A DNA stretch of 64,000 bases from a bacterium. Lineage in GTDB: Bacteria; Hinthialibacterota; Hinthialibacteria; Hinthialibacterales; Hinthialibacteraceae. The translations under genes and the position numbers were made by a program. Location: the NCBI GenBank assembly GCA_963663405.2, contig CAXXSM010000122.1:1-64000 (forward strand), in the 5' to 3' direction. Shown here piece by piece: positions 20,430 through 30,714 of the stretch (position 1 is its first letter; each line of letters begins with the position of its first letter). The notes beneath the pieces are model-generated. The model was not told the origin of the DNA. It did not search any database and saw only the letters and a list, made by a program, of their open reading frames with translations.

Positions 20430-22412
20430 GCCTCTTCGCTATTTCATGTGGGTAGAGGGTAGAACCTCGAGAAGATTACATTCCAATTTTCCTCTGCCAA
20501 ACAGATGGTTACGATCAACTTGTAGACGTTTCGATATCTGTTAAGCGACAAGTATTTTGCAGTAGGATTGCCCTCCATCGATCCGTTTGCGGGTCTGGAT
20601 TTTATCGAAGAAAAAAGAACCATATCTTTATGTGCCGCATGCTTGTGGAGTCTGTGGTCAGGCGCCTCAATAATCTTTCTCATTCCCCCTAATCTTTCGC
20701 AGGTGGCTGTCCAAATCTTGTGGGCAAACCGGCAGGAACTTTCTCTTCTCACCCAGAGTATCGGCGGTTTGTCCATAAGATGGCAGAATCCACAAGCCCT
20801 CACTCGTTCGGATTACTGATCATGAATCGCAGACCGGAGAGACTCAGCCGGTTTCATCCGGTGTCTTTTGCTTAGTTTGGCGGCTTGCCTGCAGAAACGG
20901 GAACGATTCAAGCCGTATTACTATTTCGTGTGGGGCGAGGGAAGAACCTTGGGAAGATTGAATTCCAACTTGCTTCCAATCAAATAGATGGTAGTGATTA
21001 AATTGTTGACGTTGCGATAGCCTCTCGCACGGGCCTTGGCGGCTTGGATCAGGCTATTCATCCCCTCCAACAGACCATTGTTGATTCGCGAAGTAAACCA
21101 ACGCACCACACCAGCCCAGTGCTCCTTGATCGTTTTCGCGGCCTTGATCATAGGCTCAATCCGGCTGTGAGTCGCCCAATAATACCACTTTTTAAGAAAC
21201 GATTCCCCCTCCTCCGGATCGTCGAACGAAAACACGTCTTGGAACACGGATCGCAGATGGTAGGCTTTCACCGTCTTCAATTTGCTCCCTCGTACATCTT
21301 GAAAAATTTCGTTCCGTTTCTTCTCTTGCTTGTCCGTGAGATTCCATTCATTCTTCAGCCAAATATACTTCGTCCCCTTCAATAATTCGGGATAAATCGC
21401 TTGGTCTTGTTTGCGCACTTCGTCCACAGCTTGATTGATAATCCTCATCAGGTGGTATTCATCAAATGTCATTTCGGCGGCCGGGAAATTGGCTTCAATC
21501 CCGGATTGAAACGCCTGGGACATATCCAAACAAAATTCCTCCACCTGCTCCGCCTTTCCGTTATGCGTCTCTAAATCCTCTTTGAACGCCCCCACCGTTT
21601 GAGCGTCCTTTCCATCGGTGGCAAACATCACGCTGCGCTCGTCCAAATCCATGAATACGCTGACATAATTGTGCCCTTTGGCCTTTGAGGTCTCATCCAC
21701 CCCCACCGCCTTCACTCCCGAAAAATCCTCCCTCTCTCGCGCGTCCATCACATAATGAGTCAGCACTCGCCAAATCAGCGTGTCATATTCTCCGACCACT
21801 CGGCTGATCGCATTGGCCGTCATCCCATTCTCCGCCAGTGCCATGACCAACGCTTCAAATAACAACGTAAATCCCGCCCCCGGACGGGCCCAGGGAAGAT
21901 TCACTGTCTTGACTTTATGATTGGGACATTTCACACGAGGTTGCCGGGCGTGTAAATACGTCTCATACTGAAAGAAATTCAGATGCCTCCAAGTGCGTCG
22001 TTTCGTATCATGCACTCCACACAGGTTCCCGCATTCGGGACAGGGAAACAGACTCCCCTCGGGAAAGTCCAGCGTGAGGTGCAAGGTTTTTTCTTCCTCA
22101 GGAAACTCGGCCTGGACGACCTGCCATGGCTCACTCAAACCTAACGCTAACCGGAATAATTCTTGGTTCTTCATTCTCTTCCTTCTCTCTCTCTCTCTCT
22201 CTTGGGATTGGGATCTTTGCCTTTAGCCTGGGCGGAGGATCGGACCTTGCGGGGACGCGAACTGAGTGCTGACCAAGAAGACTGTCGAAGGACGGTCTAG
22301 CACCGCCCTTCTTGTTAGTTTATCTCGTCGGGATTGGTACGTAAGCGATATATCTTCGGGAGGATGGAGGAAAGCCTTCCCCAAATCTACCCACTCGATT
22401 CAGCGAAGAGCC
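20430..22412 (-). mobile_element. ISL3-family insertion sequence, 1983 bp
   Basis: Imperfect IRs GCCTCTTCGCT...GTGGGTAGA / GGCTCTTCGCT...GTGGGTAGA; 8-bp TSD TCAATTGA at 20422-20429 and 22413-22420. Confidence 0.93.
20921..22174 (-). CDS. ISL3-family transposase
   Basis: CPECG zinc finger, WRHL, GVDE, LDMS, FDEYH and NGLLEGMNS..Q..K..ARGYR motifs. Confidence 0.93.
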   Translation of the reverse strand: MKNQELFRLALGLSEPWQVVQAEFPEEEKTLHLTLDFPEGSLFPCPECGNLCGVHDTKRRTWRHLNFFQYETYLHARQPRVKCPNHKVKTVNLPWARPGAGFTLLFEALVMALAENGMTANAISRVVGEYDTLIWRVLTHYVMDAREREDFSGVKAVGVDETSKAKGHNYVSVFMDLDERSVMFATDGKDAQTVGAFKEDLETHNGKAEQVEEFCLDMSQAFQSGIEANFPAAEMTFDEYHLMRIINQAVDEVRKQDQAIYPELLKGTKYIWLKNEWNLTDKQEKKRNEIFQDVRGSKLKTVKAYHLRSVFQDVFSFDDPEEGESFLKKWYYWATHSRIEPMIKAAKTIKEHWAGVVRWFTSRINNGLLEGMNSLIQAAKARARGYRNVNNLITTIYLIGSKLEFNLPKVLPSPHTK

Positions 22413-23225
22413 TCAATTGATTACTCCTCCGATGAAAAACTGTTAGTCGTAGGATCGATGAATAAAGCAATTGTTTTTGATACAAAAGCTTATGATGAAC
22501 AGTATTCTCTAACAGTGGAAACTATCGGAGACAATGATTTTCCAGGATGGGTTGATATTAGTTTTTATCCAGATGACAGCCTTATATTATATTCGACGTA
22601 CGGTAAACTTTATATCTGGGATTATATGAAGAAGACACTTTTAAAAACACTGGATAATCCAAATCCAAATGGAGCCGCCGTTGCTTTTTATAATGGAAAT
22701 GAAAATGTGGCCTTACTAGGTACTTCAATAATTTTAAATCTTGAAACAGGAAATGAAATCGAGTCCGGAATTGATATAAATTCTGAAATTCGAGAGAAAA
22801 CGGCGTGGATTGTCACAGACAATCGTGAATACATTTTAACAAATGAGTCTTTATATAAAAACGGTCAAAAAGATGAAACTATAATCAATATATATGATCG
22901 AGATACTCAGGAGATAATTGGAACTTATACCCATAATAATGATAGTTTCATGGGATCTAATCTTACATCAGATGGAAAATTGCTATCTATCGGTTATGAT
23001 GAAGGTGTACAAATTATTGATTTCTCTATTCCTGAATCTCCAAAGGTTGTAAGTACATACTTATTCGATGGGAAAATTCTAGTGAAAGGATTAGAGTTTA
23101 CAAAAGATGGGAAAAAGTTAATCCTAGCAACATCAAGAGAAGTCTTGGTTTATGATATCAGCGATCTCAACACACGTGTGGAGAACGCGGCCTTGCATTA
23201 GACCAATCTCGGTATATGTTGAATG

Positions 23226-23262
23226 AACGTGGGTGAGATTCATTTTTCATCCACGTTTTTTT
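23226..23262 (+). terminator. Probable intrinsic terminator after the WD40 paralog
   Basis: AACGTGGGTGA...TCATCCACGTT stem followed by a T-run. Confidence 0.6.
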
Positions 23263-23383
23263 ATTTTGGGGCGCGTATTTCATTGTTTCAAGAGTTTTGG
23301 GGTCTGTTACGCTGGGAATGGTTTTGGATTATTATGAAATGATGAGATTGGTATTTTGTGTTGATTGATAGGAGAGCGGTTCT

Positions 23384-24982
23384 ATGAACTTTTTCAGCCG
23401 GATATTTCGGGGTGTTTCGGGTTTCTATCGTACGGGGGCGGATCGGCCTTTGCTTGAGGATGAGGGGCGGATTCGACGGATGTATGAGCGGAAGCGGTGG
23501 GAGGTGTTTCTTTCTATTGTTATTGGATACAGTTTCTTTTATGTAACCCGTTTGAGTATTAATGTGGCGAAGAAGCCGATTGTTGACAGCGGGATACTTA
23601 CCGTTACGCAGTTGGGGCAGATCGGTTTCGCGATTTGGTTGAGTTACGCGTTTGGGAAATTGATCAATGGATTCATCGCCGACCGGTGTAATATGAAGAA
23701 GTTCATGACAACCGGCTTGCTCGTGTCCGCCGTGATCAATATTCTCTTTGGTTTTACCAATTTCTTTATCGTCTTTGTGATGCTGTGGTTTTTGAATGGG
23801 TGGTTTCAATCCATGGGATGCGCGCCCAGCGTGGTTGTGATGTCGCAGTGGTTCAGCAACCGTGAGCGGGGTACGCGGTATGGACTTTGGAGCGCGGCGC
23901 ATAGCATCGGGGAAGGGATTACATTCGCGGTTACGGCGGCGATCGTGACGTATTTCGGCTGGCGCTGGGGTTTGTGGGGCGCGGGTGGAATCACGATTGT
24001 GATCGCGATCTTGATGTATATCTTTCTATCCGACCGGCCCCGGACCTACGGGCTTCCCGCGATCGCGGATTATAAGAACGATCAAACCGGGACAAGTGAA
24101 GACGCGCCTTTGTCGATCAAGGAGGCGCAGTGGGGTGTGATTAAACATCCGGCCGTTTGGATTCTCGGTATCAGCAGCGCCTGTTTATATGTCGCGCGAT
24201 ACGGCGTCAACAGCTGGGGTATGATGTACCTGCAGGAAGCGAAAGAGTATTCCCTAATCACGGCGGGATTTGTGTTAGGCTTAGCGAAGATTGTCGAAAC
24301 CGCCGGGGCGGTGACGTCCGGTTTTGTCTCCGATTTTCTATTCGGATCGAAGCGGAATCCGGTCGCGCTGTTGTATGGAATTGTGATGGTGTCAGGTCTG
24401 ATTCTACTGTTTCACGCTCCCTCCACTCATTTATTCAACATGAATCCATCCTATGCGGAATTCCTTACGGGGGAGACGTTGGACGGCCGGGCTGTGGAGG
24501 TGTTCAAGGAAAATGGTCTCGTGATTCCGGAAGGCGCGTCTCTTACCTTGTTCGATACGAAAGAGGAACGTTACTGGATTGTCGATCTCAATACACTGCC
24601 ATTCGGATTGTCTGGATATCGCATTCAGGATACGGGTGAGCAACTCCACGTTTGTTCGAAATACAGCCTTTACCATGTGGCTGGATCTTCGTTATTTGGT
24701 TTCGGGCTGGGGGGATTGCTCGTGTTCCTCGGTGGATTGATGGCGGTGGATTTCTGTTCGAAGAAAGCGACGGGTGCTGCGATGGGCCTGGTAGGCGTGT
24801 TCAGCTATCTCGGCGCCGCCGTGCAGGAATGGGTCAGCGGGGGATTGATCGAAGCGGGGGAAATGATGGTCGATGGGCAGTTAACACATAATTTTGACAA
24901 CGCGTTCTATTTCTGGCTGGGCGCGGCGGTTGTCGCTGTGCTGCTGCCTCTGACATTATGGAAAGTGAGAGCGAAAGAGTGA
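23384..24982 (+). CDS. MFS organophosphate:phosphate antiporter (GlpT/UhpT/PgtP family) with an inserted soluble domain
   Basis: YSFFYVTRLS, GWFQSMG, WFSNRERGT..G.WS.AHSIG and KKATGAAMG..G.FSYLG motifs. Confidence 0.85.
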   Translation: MNFFSRIFRGVSGFYRTGADRPLLEDEGRIRRMYERKRWEVFLSIVIGYSFFYVTRLSINVAKKPIVDSGILTVTQLGQIGFAIWLSYAFGKLINGFIADRCNMKKFMTTGLLVSAVINILFGFTNFFIVFVMLWFLNGWFQSMGCAPSVVVMSQWFSNRERGTRYGLWSAAHSIGEGITFAVTAAIVTYFGWRWGLWGAGGITIVIAILMYIFLSDRPRTYGLPAIADYKNDQTGTSEDAPLSIKEAQWGVIKHPAVWILGISSACLYVARYGVNSWGMMYLQEAKEYSLITAGFVLGLAKIVETAGAVTSGFVSDFLFGSKRNPVALLYGIVMVSGLILLFHAPSTHLFNMNPSYAEFLTGETLDGRAVEVFKENGLVIPEGASLTLFDTKEERYWIVDLNTLPFGLSGYRIQDTGEQLHVCSKYSLYHVAGSSLFGFGLGGLLVFLGGLMAVDFCSKKATGAAMGLVGVFSYLGAAVQEWVSGGLIEAGEMMVDGQLTHNFDNAFYFWLGAAVVAVLLPLTLWKVRAKE

Positions 24983-24983
24983 T

Positions 24984-25871
24984 ATGAATATGAAACGATA
25001 CGACACATTAATTATTGGCCATGTCTCAAAAGACGAAAACATCACACCTGAGGATCGGGAATTGTCCATCGGGGGGGCGGTTGTCTATTCCTCCGTGGCG
25101 GCGAAACGGATTGGCGCGAATATCGCCGCATTGACGAAATTGAATGCGGATGATGTGTCCGCGCTGGATGTGTTTACCAAGTATGAGGTTCCCTATTACT
25201 ACCGGGAATCGAAGCAGACTACCTCGATACGAAACACGTATTTCTCGGCGGACCGGGAACGGCGGAAATGCGAAGCGATCAGTGTCGCCGATCCATTTGT
25301 CATTGAAGATATCCCAGAAGATGTGAAGGCGGATTGTTATTACTTGGGTGGATTGATAAAAGGGGAGTTTCCGGAACCGTTGATCGTTGATCTGGCCGCG
25401 CGGGGAAAAATCGCCGTTGATGCGCAGGGATTTCTGCGCGTAAATGAAGGCGGCCCGATGGCGTTCAAGGATTGGGACCGGAAACGGGAGATGATTCCTC
25501 ATATCACCTATTTCAAGACGGACGCCGCCGAAGCGGAAATCCTGACCGGCGAGAAAGACTGTGAGAAAGCGGCGCGGATCTTGAATGGCTGGGGAGCGGA
25601 TGAAGTGATGGTGACCAGTTCACCCGGCGCACTCGTGTTTGTGGATGGACAAGCATATACGTTTCCATTCACATCCCGGAATCTTTCGGGAAGAACGGGG
25701 CGGGGGGATACGTGTTTCAGCACATATTGCAACTGGCGAATCGATCATTCGCCGGAAGAAGCGTGTTGTTTCGCGGCGGCCCTAACCTCGTTGAAAATGG
25801 AGACGCCCGGTCCCTTTTCCGGTTCCGCCGCTGATGTGAAAGCCGCTATTGAAGAACAATACCGAGGATAG
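24984..25871 (+). CDS. PfkB/ribokinase-family carbohydrate kinase
   Basis: IIGH...GGAV, VDAQGF, EAE and GRTGRGDT anion-hole variant; coupled to the MFS gene. Confidence 0.85.
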   Translation: MNMKRYDTLIIGHVSKDENITPEDRELSIGGAVVYSSVAAKRIGANIAALTKLNADDVSALDVFTKYEVPYYYRESKQTTSIRNTYFSADRERRKCEAISVADPFVIEDIPEDVKADCYYLGGLIKGEFPEPLIVDLAARGKIAVDAQGFLRVNEGGPMAFKDWDRKREMIPHITYFKTDAAEAEILTGEKDCEKAARILNGWGADEVMVTSSPGALVFVDGQAYTFPFTSRNLSGRTGRGDTCFSTYCNWRIDHSPEEACCFAAALTSLKMETPGPFSGSAADVKAAIEEQYRG

Positions 25872-26013
25872 TGGCTATTTCCTGCCTCTTATTGACCACC
25901 TGTTTGAAATTAAACACAATATTGTCATGTTTTGTTTTGTGATCTTCCTGCCTGTTTTGGTCTAACTTCTTTATTATCAAACATTTACTTTCATTCTTCT
26001 AATTGTTTTATTA

Positions 26014-26031
26014 TTTGGCATGGTTATTGTT
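26014..26031 (+). promoter_or_regulatory. Possible sigma54 (-24/-12) promoter for porin 1
   Basis: TTTGGCATGGTTATTGTT is GG-N10-GT, one mismatch at -12 from the consensus TGGCAC-N5-TTGC. Confidence 0.4.
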
Positions 26032-26167
26032 TCATTACAATTTTGATTTAATTTGATGAGTTGTATATTGAGGGCGGCCGCTCCATTCAAATCGGACGTG
26101 ACCGATGATCGGCTTCATTATTTTCATTACAATTTTGGAATAGGAAACAATTTCGACGAAAGGAAGT

Positions 26168-26998
26168 ATGAAAATGGAGAGTGTCTGGAAGAAATGTGTT
26201 GTTGGGTTTTTTGCGGCGGTCATCGTGGTGGGAAGCGCGGTTGTAACGCCTGCGGTGGAAATCGGTGAGGAAGAAATCGGGATCAACCTGGATTTCACCT
26301 ACGCGACGAAATATTTATGGCATGGGTACGACGTTCTGGATGATGAAGGCGCGTTTCAGCCCAGTATCGAGTTCAGCTGGCGGGGATTCTATGCGGGCGC
26401 ATGGGGATCCTGGGCGGATTCGAATGAAGATTTGGGTGGCGGATTAACTAGTAACGATCTGACGGAAATCGATTTGTATCTTGGGTATGGGTATAGTTTC
26501 TTTGCAGATGAACAGTATCAGATCGACACTTCTCTGACCTATACGTATTTCGCCTATCCACATGTCAACAGCGATGGAGACTGCCAGGAAATCGCGGCGA
26601 GTGTCTCTTTTCCCAATTTGCTCCCGATTGGACCTTCCGCATTGGTCCCCAGCATAGACTACTATTATATATGGGAAGGTGTGCAGGACAGCGATCTGAT
26701 CGATGACGGACATCTTTTCACACTGGGTCTTGGATACGATGTGCCAATCACCCCGCTCTTTCCACAGCAGGAAGAACAAGCGATCAGCCTGAGCTGGGAT
26801 ATCAACTACAACGACGGCACGTTCGGTTCTAACTCAGACTGGAGTCATTCCACGTTTGGAATCGGGACGACCTTTGGATGGAAGGGCGTCTATTTCACAC
26901 CCGCCGTCTATTATCAGTGGTCGTTGGATAGTGATCCATTGGCCGTCAACGATGAAGATGATTTCTACGCCATGTTCAGTGTGGGGTACAGTTTCTAA
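26168..26998 (+). CDS. Outer-membrane beta-barrel, TIGR02001/Gcw_chp (TorF-like) family
   Basis: Signal peptide; TKYLWHG...AFQPS, GFYAGAWGS and EIDLYLGY motifs; C-terminal VGYSF beta-signal. Confidence 0.75.
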   Translation: MKMESVWKKCVVGFFAAVIVVGSAVVTPAVEIGEEEIGINLDFTYATKYLWHGYDVLDDEGAFQPSIEFSWRGFYAGAWGSWADSNEDLGGGLTSNDLTEIDLYLGYGYSFFADEQYQIDTSLTYTYFAYPHVNSDGDCQEIAASVSFPNLLPIGPSALVPSIDYYYIWEGVQDSDLIDDGHLFTLGLGYDVPITPLFPQQEEQAISLSWDINYNDGTFGSNSDWSHSTFGIGTTFGWKGVYFTPAVYYQWSLDSDPLAVNDEDDFYAMFSVGYSF

Positions 26999-27020
26999 GA
27001 GTCTAATTACTAAAAGAAGA

Positions 27021-27085
27021 AATCCCCGGCCGGTGAGGGAGCGATTTGAATCGACGCTTCTGTACCGGCCGGATTGTTTTGTTTT
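27021..27085 (+). terminator. Probable terminator after porin 1
   Basis: CCGGCCGGT...ACCGGCCGG stem followed by ATTGTTTTGTTTT. Confidence 0.5.
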
Positions 27086-27297
27086 ATACTGAGCGCGGGC
27101 ATAATCTGAGCATTTCAATCCATATTTTACTTTCAATGGGCTTGTTTCTGGTAATGAGAAACGCAGATAACGATTGCACAAAGTATATATTAATCAGCTG
27201 GGTAGCTAGGGGAAGGCTTTTTTCTCCCCTTGCATAATTCCCGGGACGTAGCCAGGGCAGATAAAAGCCTTGCCCTGGGTACCCGCCACTGGCGCCC
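27021..27297. repeat. Downstream non-coding block duplicated at about 28345-28581
   Basis: Collinear similarity, including TTGTTTCTGGTAATGAGAA and GTAGCCAGGGCAG...CCTTGCCCTGGG. Confidence 0.8.
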
Positions 27298-27495
27298 ACC
27301 ATTTTTTCCCTCCTTCATGAAATGAAAATTGTTCCCAGATTAAAACACATTTAATTTATATTGTTTAGGAATGAGTATGATTATAAATAAATAAGGTGTA
27401 TGATAACTGAATCGTAAATGCGGTTGTGGATGGGTTATCCACGGAGCGCGCTCGATTCAAATCAGCGCTTGTTTTATAGAAAGGAATAATGAGTC

Positions 27496-28320
27496 ATGGT
27501 GAGCCGATTGAATAATTGGATTTTCGGATTGTCTGCTGTAGTTATCGTGTTGGGATGTGCGATAGAAACGCCGGCGTTAGAGATTGGGGAAGAGGAAATC
27601 GGGATCAATCTAGATTTTACCTATGTGACGAAGTATTTATGGCATGGGTATGATGTGCTGGATGATAAAGGGGCGTTTCAACCCAGCGCTGAATTCAGCT
27701 GGAGAGGATTTTACGCGGGTGTTTGGGGATCTTGGCCGGATTCTTCTGGATGGGCCGGAGGAACAAGAAGATCGGATTTAACGGAAATCGACATGTATAT
27801 TGGGTATGAATGCAGTGTCTTTCAAGATGAATGGTATCAGATCGATACATTTATCACGTATACATACTTCGCTTATCCCCATACGAATAGTGACGGAGAT
27901 GTGCAGGAAATCGCGAATGGCATGTCTTTTCCTAACTTGATTCCGCTGGGGCCCTTCTTATTTAGTCCCCCCGCTATGACAATTTCTATGAATGGGATGG
28001 CGTGCAGTCCAGCCGTCACATTGACAATGGTAATATCCATACATTTGGCTTGACGTATGACCTGCCCTGTTCCCCCTTTGTTGAGTCAGCAGGAAGAACA
28101 GGAAGTCAATTTTAATTGGGATATTACCTACAATGATGGGACCTTTGGCTCCAACGCGGATTGGAGTCACACCATGATTAGTGTGGGCTCAACATTCGAG
28201 TGGAATGGATTCTATTTCACGCCGGCTCTCTATTACCAATGGTCGTTGGATGACGATCCATTAGCCGTTAATGATGAAGATGATTTTTATGCGGCGTTCA
28301 GTGTGGGGTATAACTTTTAA
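27496..28320 (+). CDS. Second TIGR02001-like porin paralog; frameshifted around 27950-28065
   Basis: ORFs 27496-28053 and 28057-28320 are collinear with porin 1; ends VGYNF. Confidence 0.75.
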
Positions 28321-28672
28321 TTATTCCATTCTATTTCTTTGATAAATCCCCGGCCAGTGAGGGCGCGTTTATATACTGAATGCGGGGCATAATCTGCGCT
28401 TTTCAGTCCATATTTAATTTTTAACGGGTTTGTTTCTGGTAATGAGAAGCGAAGATTACAATCGCACAGACGTCTATATCAATCTGGTGGGTAGCAAGGG
28501 AAGTTTTTTTTTCTTGCATAATTTCCGGGATGTAGCCAGGGCAGAAAAAAGCCTTGCCCTGGGCACCCGCGCTGGGTGCCCTGCCAGCTGGATTATTTTA
28601 TGATGGGAGAATGACTCGCGAGAGGAGAATCCTTATCCTGGTTCCCACATACATACTAAGGGGAGTCGTTCT

Positions 28673-29713
28673 ATGACGGGACGGGAACGTGTTCTGGCTG
28701 CGATTGATCATCGGGAGACTGACCGTGTACCGCTGGATATGTGGGCGGAGGAAGTGGTTTGGGACCGATTGCGGAAGGATTTGCGATTGCCTTCCAAACG
28801 GGCGGTACTTGAACGGTTTCATATTGATATACGCTGGCTCGATGGCGTTTATACCGGGCCGGATTTTTCTGATCCGGATGGCACGTTCAGTGAGAATATG
28901 TGGGGGGAGCGATATCGGATTGTAGGCAGCGGGGAGCGTGTCGCCTGTGGAGGAGCGTTGGATCACGCCCAGTCGTTTCAGGAGATTGAAGCGCATCACT
29001 GGCCCTCGAACGATTGGATTCAAATGGAGGTTCTGCGGGATCAGATCCAGCGGGATGAGGAATATGCGATTCTGTATGGGTACGCGGATATTTGGCAGCG
29101 CGTGGCGATGGTACGTGGACTCGATAACATGTTTCTGGATATGCTCGAACGTCCGGAATGGGTCCATTTTATGACCGGGAAACTGATGGATTTTTACCGG
29201 GAAGATTGGACACGGGCGATGGAGGCGGCAGAGGGGCGTATCGATATCTTCTTCCTCATCAGCGATCTTGGAACACAAAGTGGGCCGATGATGAATCTGG
29301 ATCTGTTTCGGGAATTTATCCTGCCCCGTGTACGGATCATGGCGGAACTCGCGCATTCTTTTGGGAAAAAGATTATGTTCCATTCCTGTGGTTCGGCGCG
29401 GTTGTATATTAATGATTTAATTGACGCTGGGATTGATATCCTGAATCCGATTCAACCGGCGTGTGAAGGAATGGATCCAAAAGGATTGAAAGCGGATTTT
29501 GGATCGAGGCTTTGTTTTCATGGAGGAGTGGATATTCAAGGCGCGCTCCGGAATGGAACGCCGGGAGATGTGAGGAAGTTAACGGGTGAGCTGATTGATT
29601 GTATGAAATCCAACGGCGGATTTATTCTCTGTCCCTGTCATACCCTTCTGCCGGATATCCCAACCGAGAATATTACCGCGTTGTACGATCAGGCGTATTC
29701 AATCCGGTTTTAA
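28673..29713 (+). CDS. Uroporphyrinogen decarboxylase family protein
   Basis: MTGRERV...DRVP, SDLGTQ, MFHSCG, FHGGVDIQ and P.EN motifs. Confidence 0.85.
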   Translation: MTGRERVLAAIDHRETDRVPLDMWAEEVVWDRLRKDLRLPSKRAVLERFHIDIRWLDGVYTGPDFSDPDGTFSENMWGERYRIVGSGERVACGGALDHAQSFQEIEAHHWPSNDWIQMEVLRDQIQRDEEYAILYGYADIWQRVAMVRGLDNMFLDMLERPEWVHFMTGKLMDFYREDWTRAMEAAEGRIDIFFLISDLGTQSGPMMNLDLFREFILPRVRIMAELAHSFGKKIMFHSCGSARLYINDLIDAGIDILNPIQPACEGMDPKGLKADFGSRLCFHGGVDIQGALRNGTPGDVRKLTGELIDCMKSNGGFILCPCHTLLPDIPTENITALYDQAYSIRF

Positions 29714-30477
29714 TGGAGTTCCCAATGGTTGATTGACGTTGGACCGGCAATCACGAGATTATCTAGAATCAAACTGGATAGCGCGTCACCGTTCGCCCAC
29801 ATGGAGATGCAATTTATGCCGTCTGTTTCCACGCTGGGAATACGCCGGAAGCCGTATCCTTCCGCGAGTGTGACTTCCGCTTCCCCATCTTTCATGGCAT
29901 AGACGTCAAGTGTCAGATCTAAAATATGAATCATCATACGCATATGGATAAGCGCGCCGTCCGTGTAATCAAATCCTTCGAACGCTTCGTATGTGCCGCC
30001 ACCTTCCCAGTCCCCGTTTCGGACATCGATTTCGTTCGTGTCGGGCTGCATGCGGGTCATTGCCCCTTGTTCAGGCCAGTTAAGCGCTGGATTGTCATCG
30101 AGATTAAAATTGACCGAATCACTGAAGCATACGCCAATATTTACATTCGCTTCAGGACCGAGAAATTGCCAATCCCACGTACAGGTAAGATCACCTTCCG
30201 TCTGAGTTGGAAATTCGCAATAGATCCAATAGGCGCCGGGAGGGGTTTGGGTAACCAGCATGGCTTCATTGGCAACGGTGAAAACCACATCCGATGGGAG
30301 ATCGGGAGCGCCCTCTTGCCAAGTATAATCCGCTCCTGCAGGTTGTCCTACGAGTGGACCATCGACATAACCTTGGGCCGCCGAAAAATCGTACTCAGCG
30401 ACCAGCTGAGCCTGCGCAGTCCCCACTGGCGCTAACGCGATTACTCCAAGCAAAAAAATAGCATAAGTCTTTTTCAT
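29710..30477 (-). CDS. Exported acidic hypothetical protein (probably a beta-sandwich)
   Basis: MKKTYAIFLLG...AQA signal peptide; ends GPTSINHWELH. Confidence 0.75.
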   Translation of the reverse strand: MKKTYAIFLLGVIALAPVGTAQAQLVAEYDFSAAQGYVDGPLVGQPAGADYTWQEGAPDLPSDVVFTVANEAMLVTQTPPGAYWIYCEFPTQTEGDLTCTWDWQFLGPEANVNIGVCFSDSVNFNLDDNPALNWPEQGAMTRMQPDTNEIDVRNGDWEGGGTYEAFEGFDYTDGALIHMRMMIHILDLTLDVYAMKDGEAEVTLAEGYGFRRIPSVETDGINCISMWANGDALSSLILDNLVIAGPTSINHWELH

Positions 30478-30714
30478 TCTTCTTCCTTTCTTGATTTTGT
30501 TTCAATAAAAACGATGTTTATTTTAAATAAATCTACGCGCTTTTTGTAAAGGAATACAACTGATTTTTAATTGATTTTATTAATTAAAAAAAGATTAGAT
30601 CTCCGATAAAATGATTGACGACTATTAATTTATATATACTTATATATTTATTTAGATAGAATAATGAGAGAAAAAAAAGAAGATAAATAGCCGGTAGTGT
30701 TTGGAGGATTGAAC

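Larger units (their letters stand above)
20173..23201 (+). pseudogene. Second WD40-like paralog, interrupted by ISL3
   Basis: Removing 20430-22420 rejoins ...GRSI-DYSSDEK... in frame; collinear with 18923-19960; ends NTRVENAALH. Confidence 0.9.

Noticed and set aside
22266-22412. N-terminus of the 311-aa ORF 22266-23201 as a real gene start
   Set aside because: It is ISL3 end sequence read in frame with the 3' half of the interrupted WD40 gene
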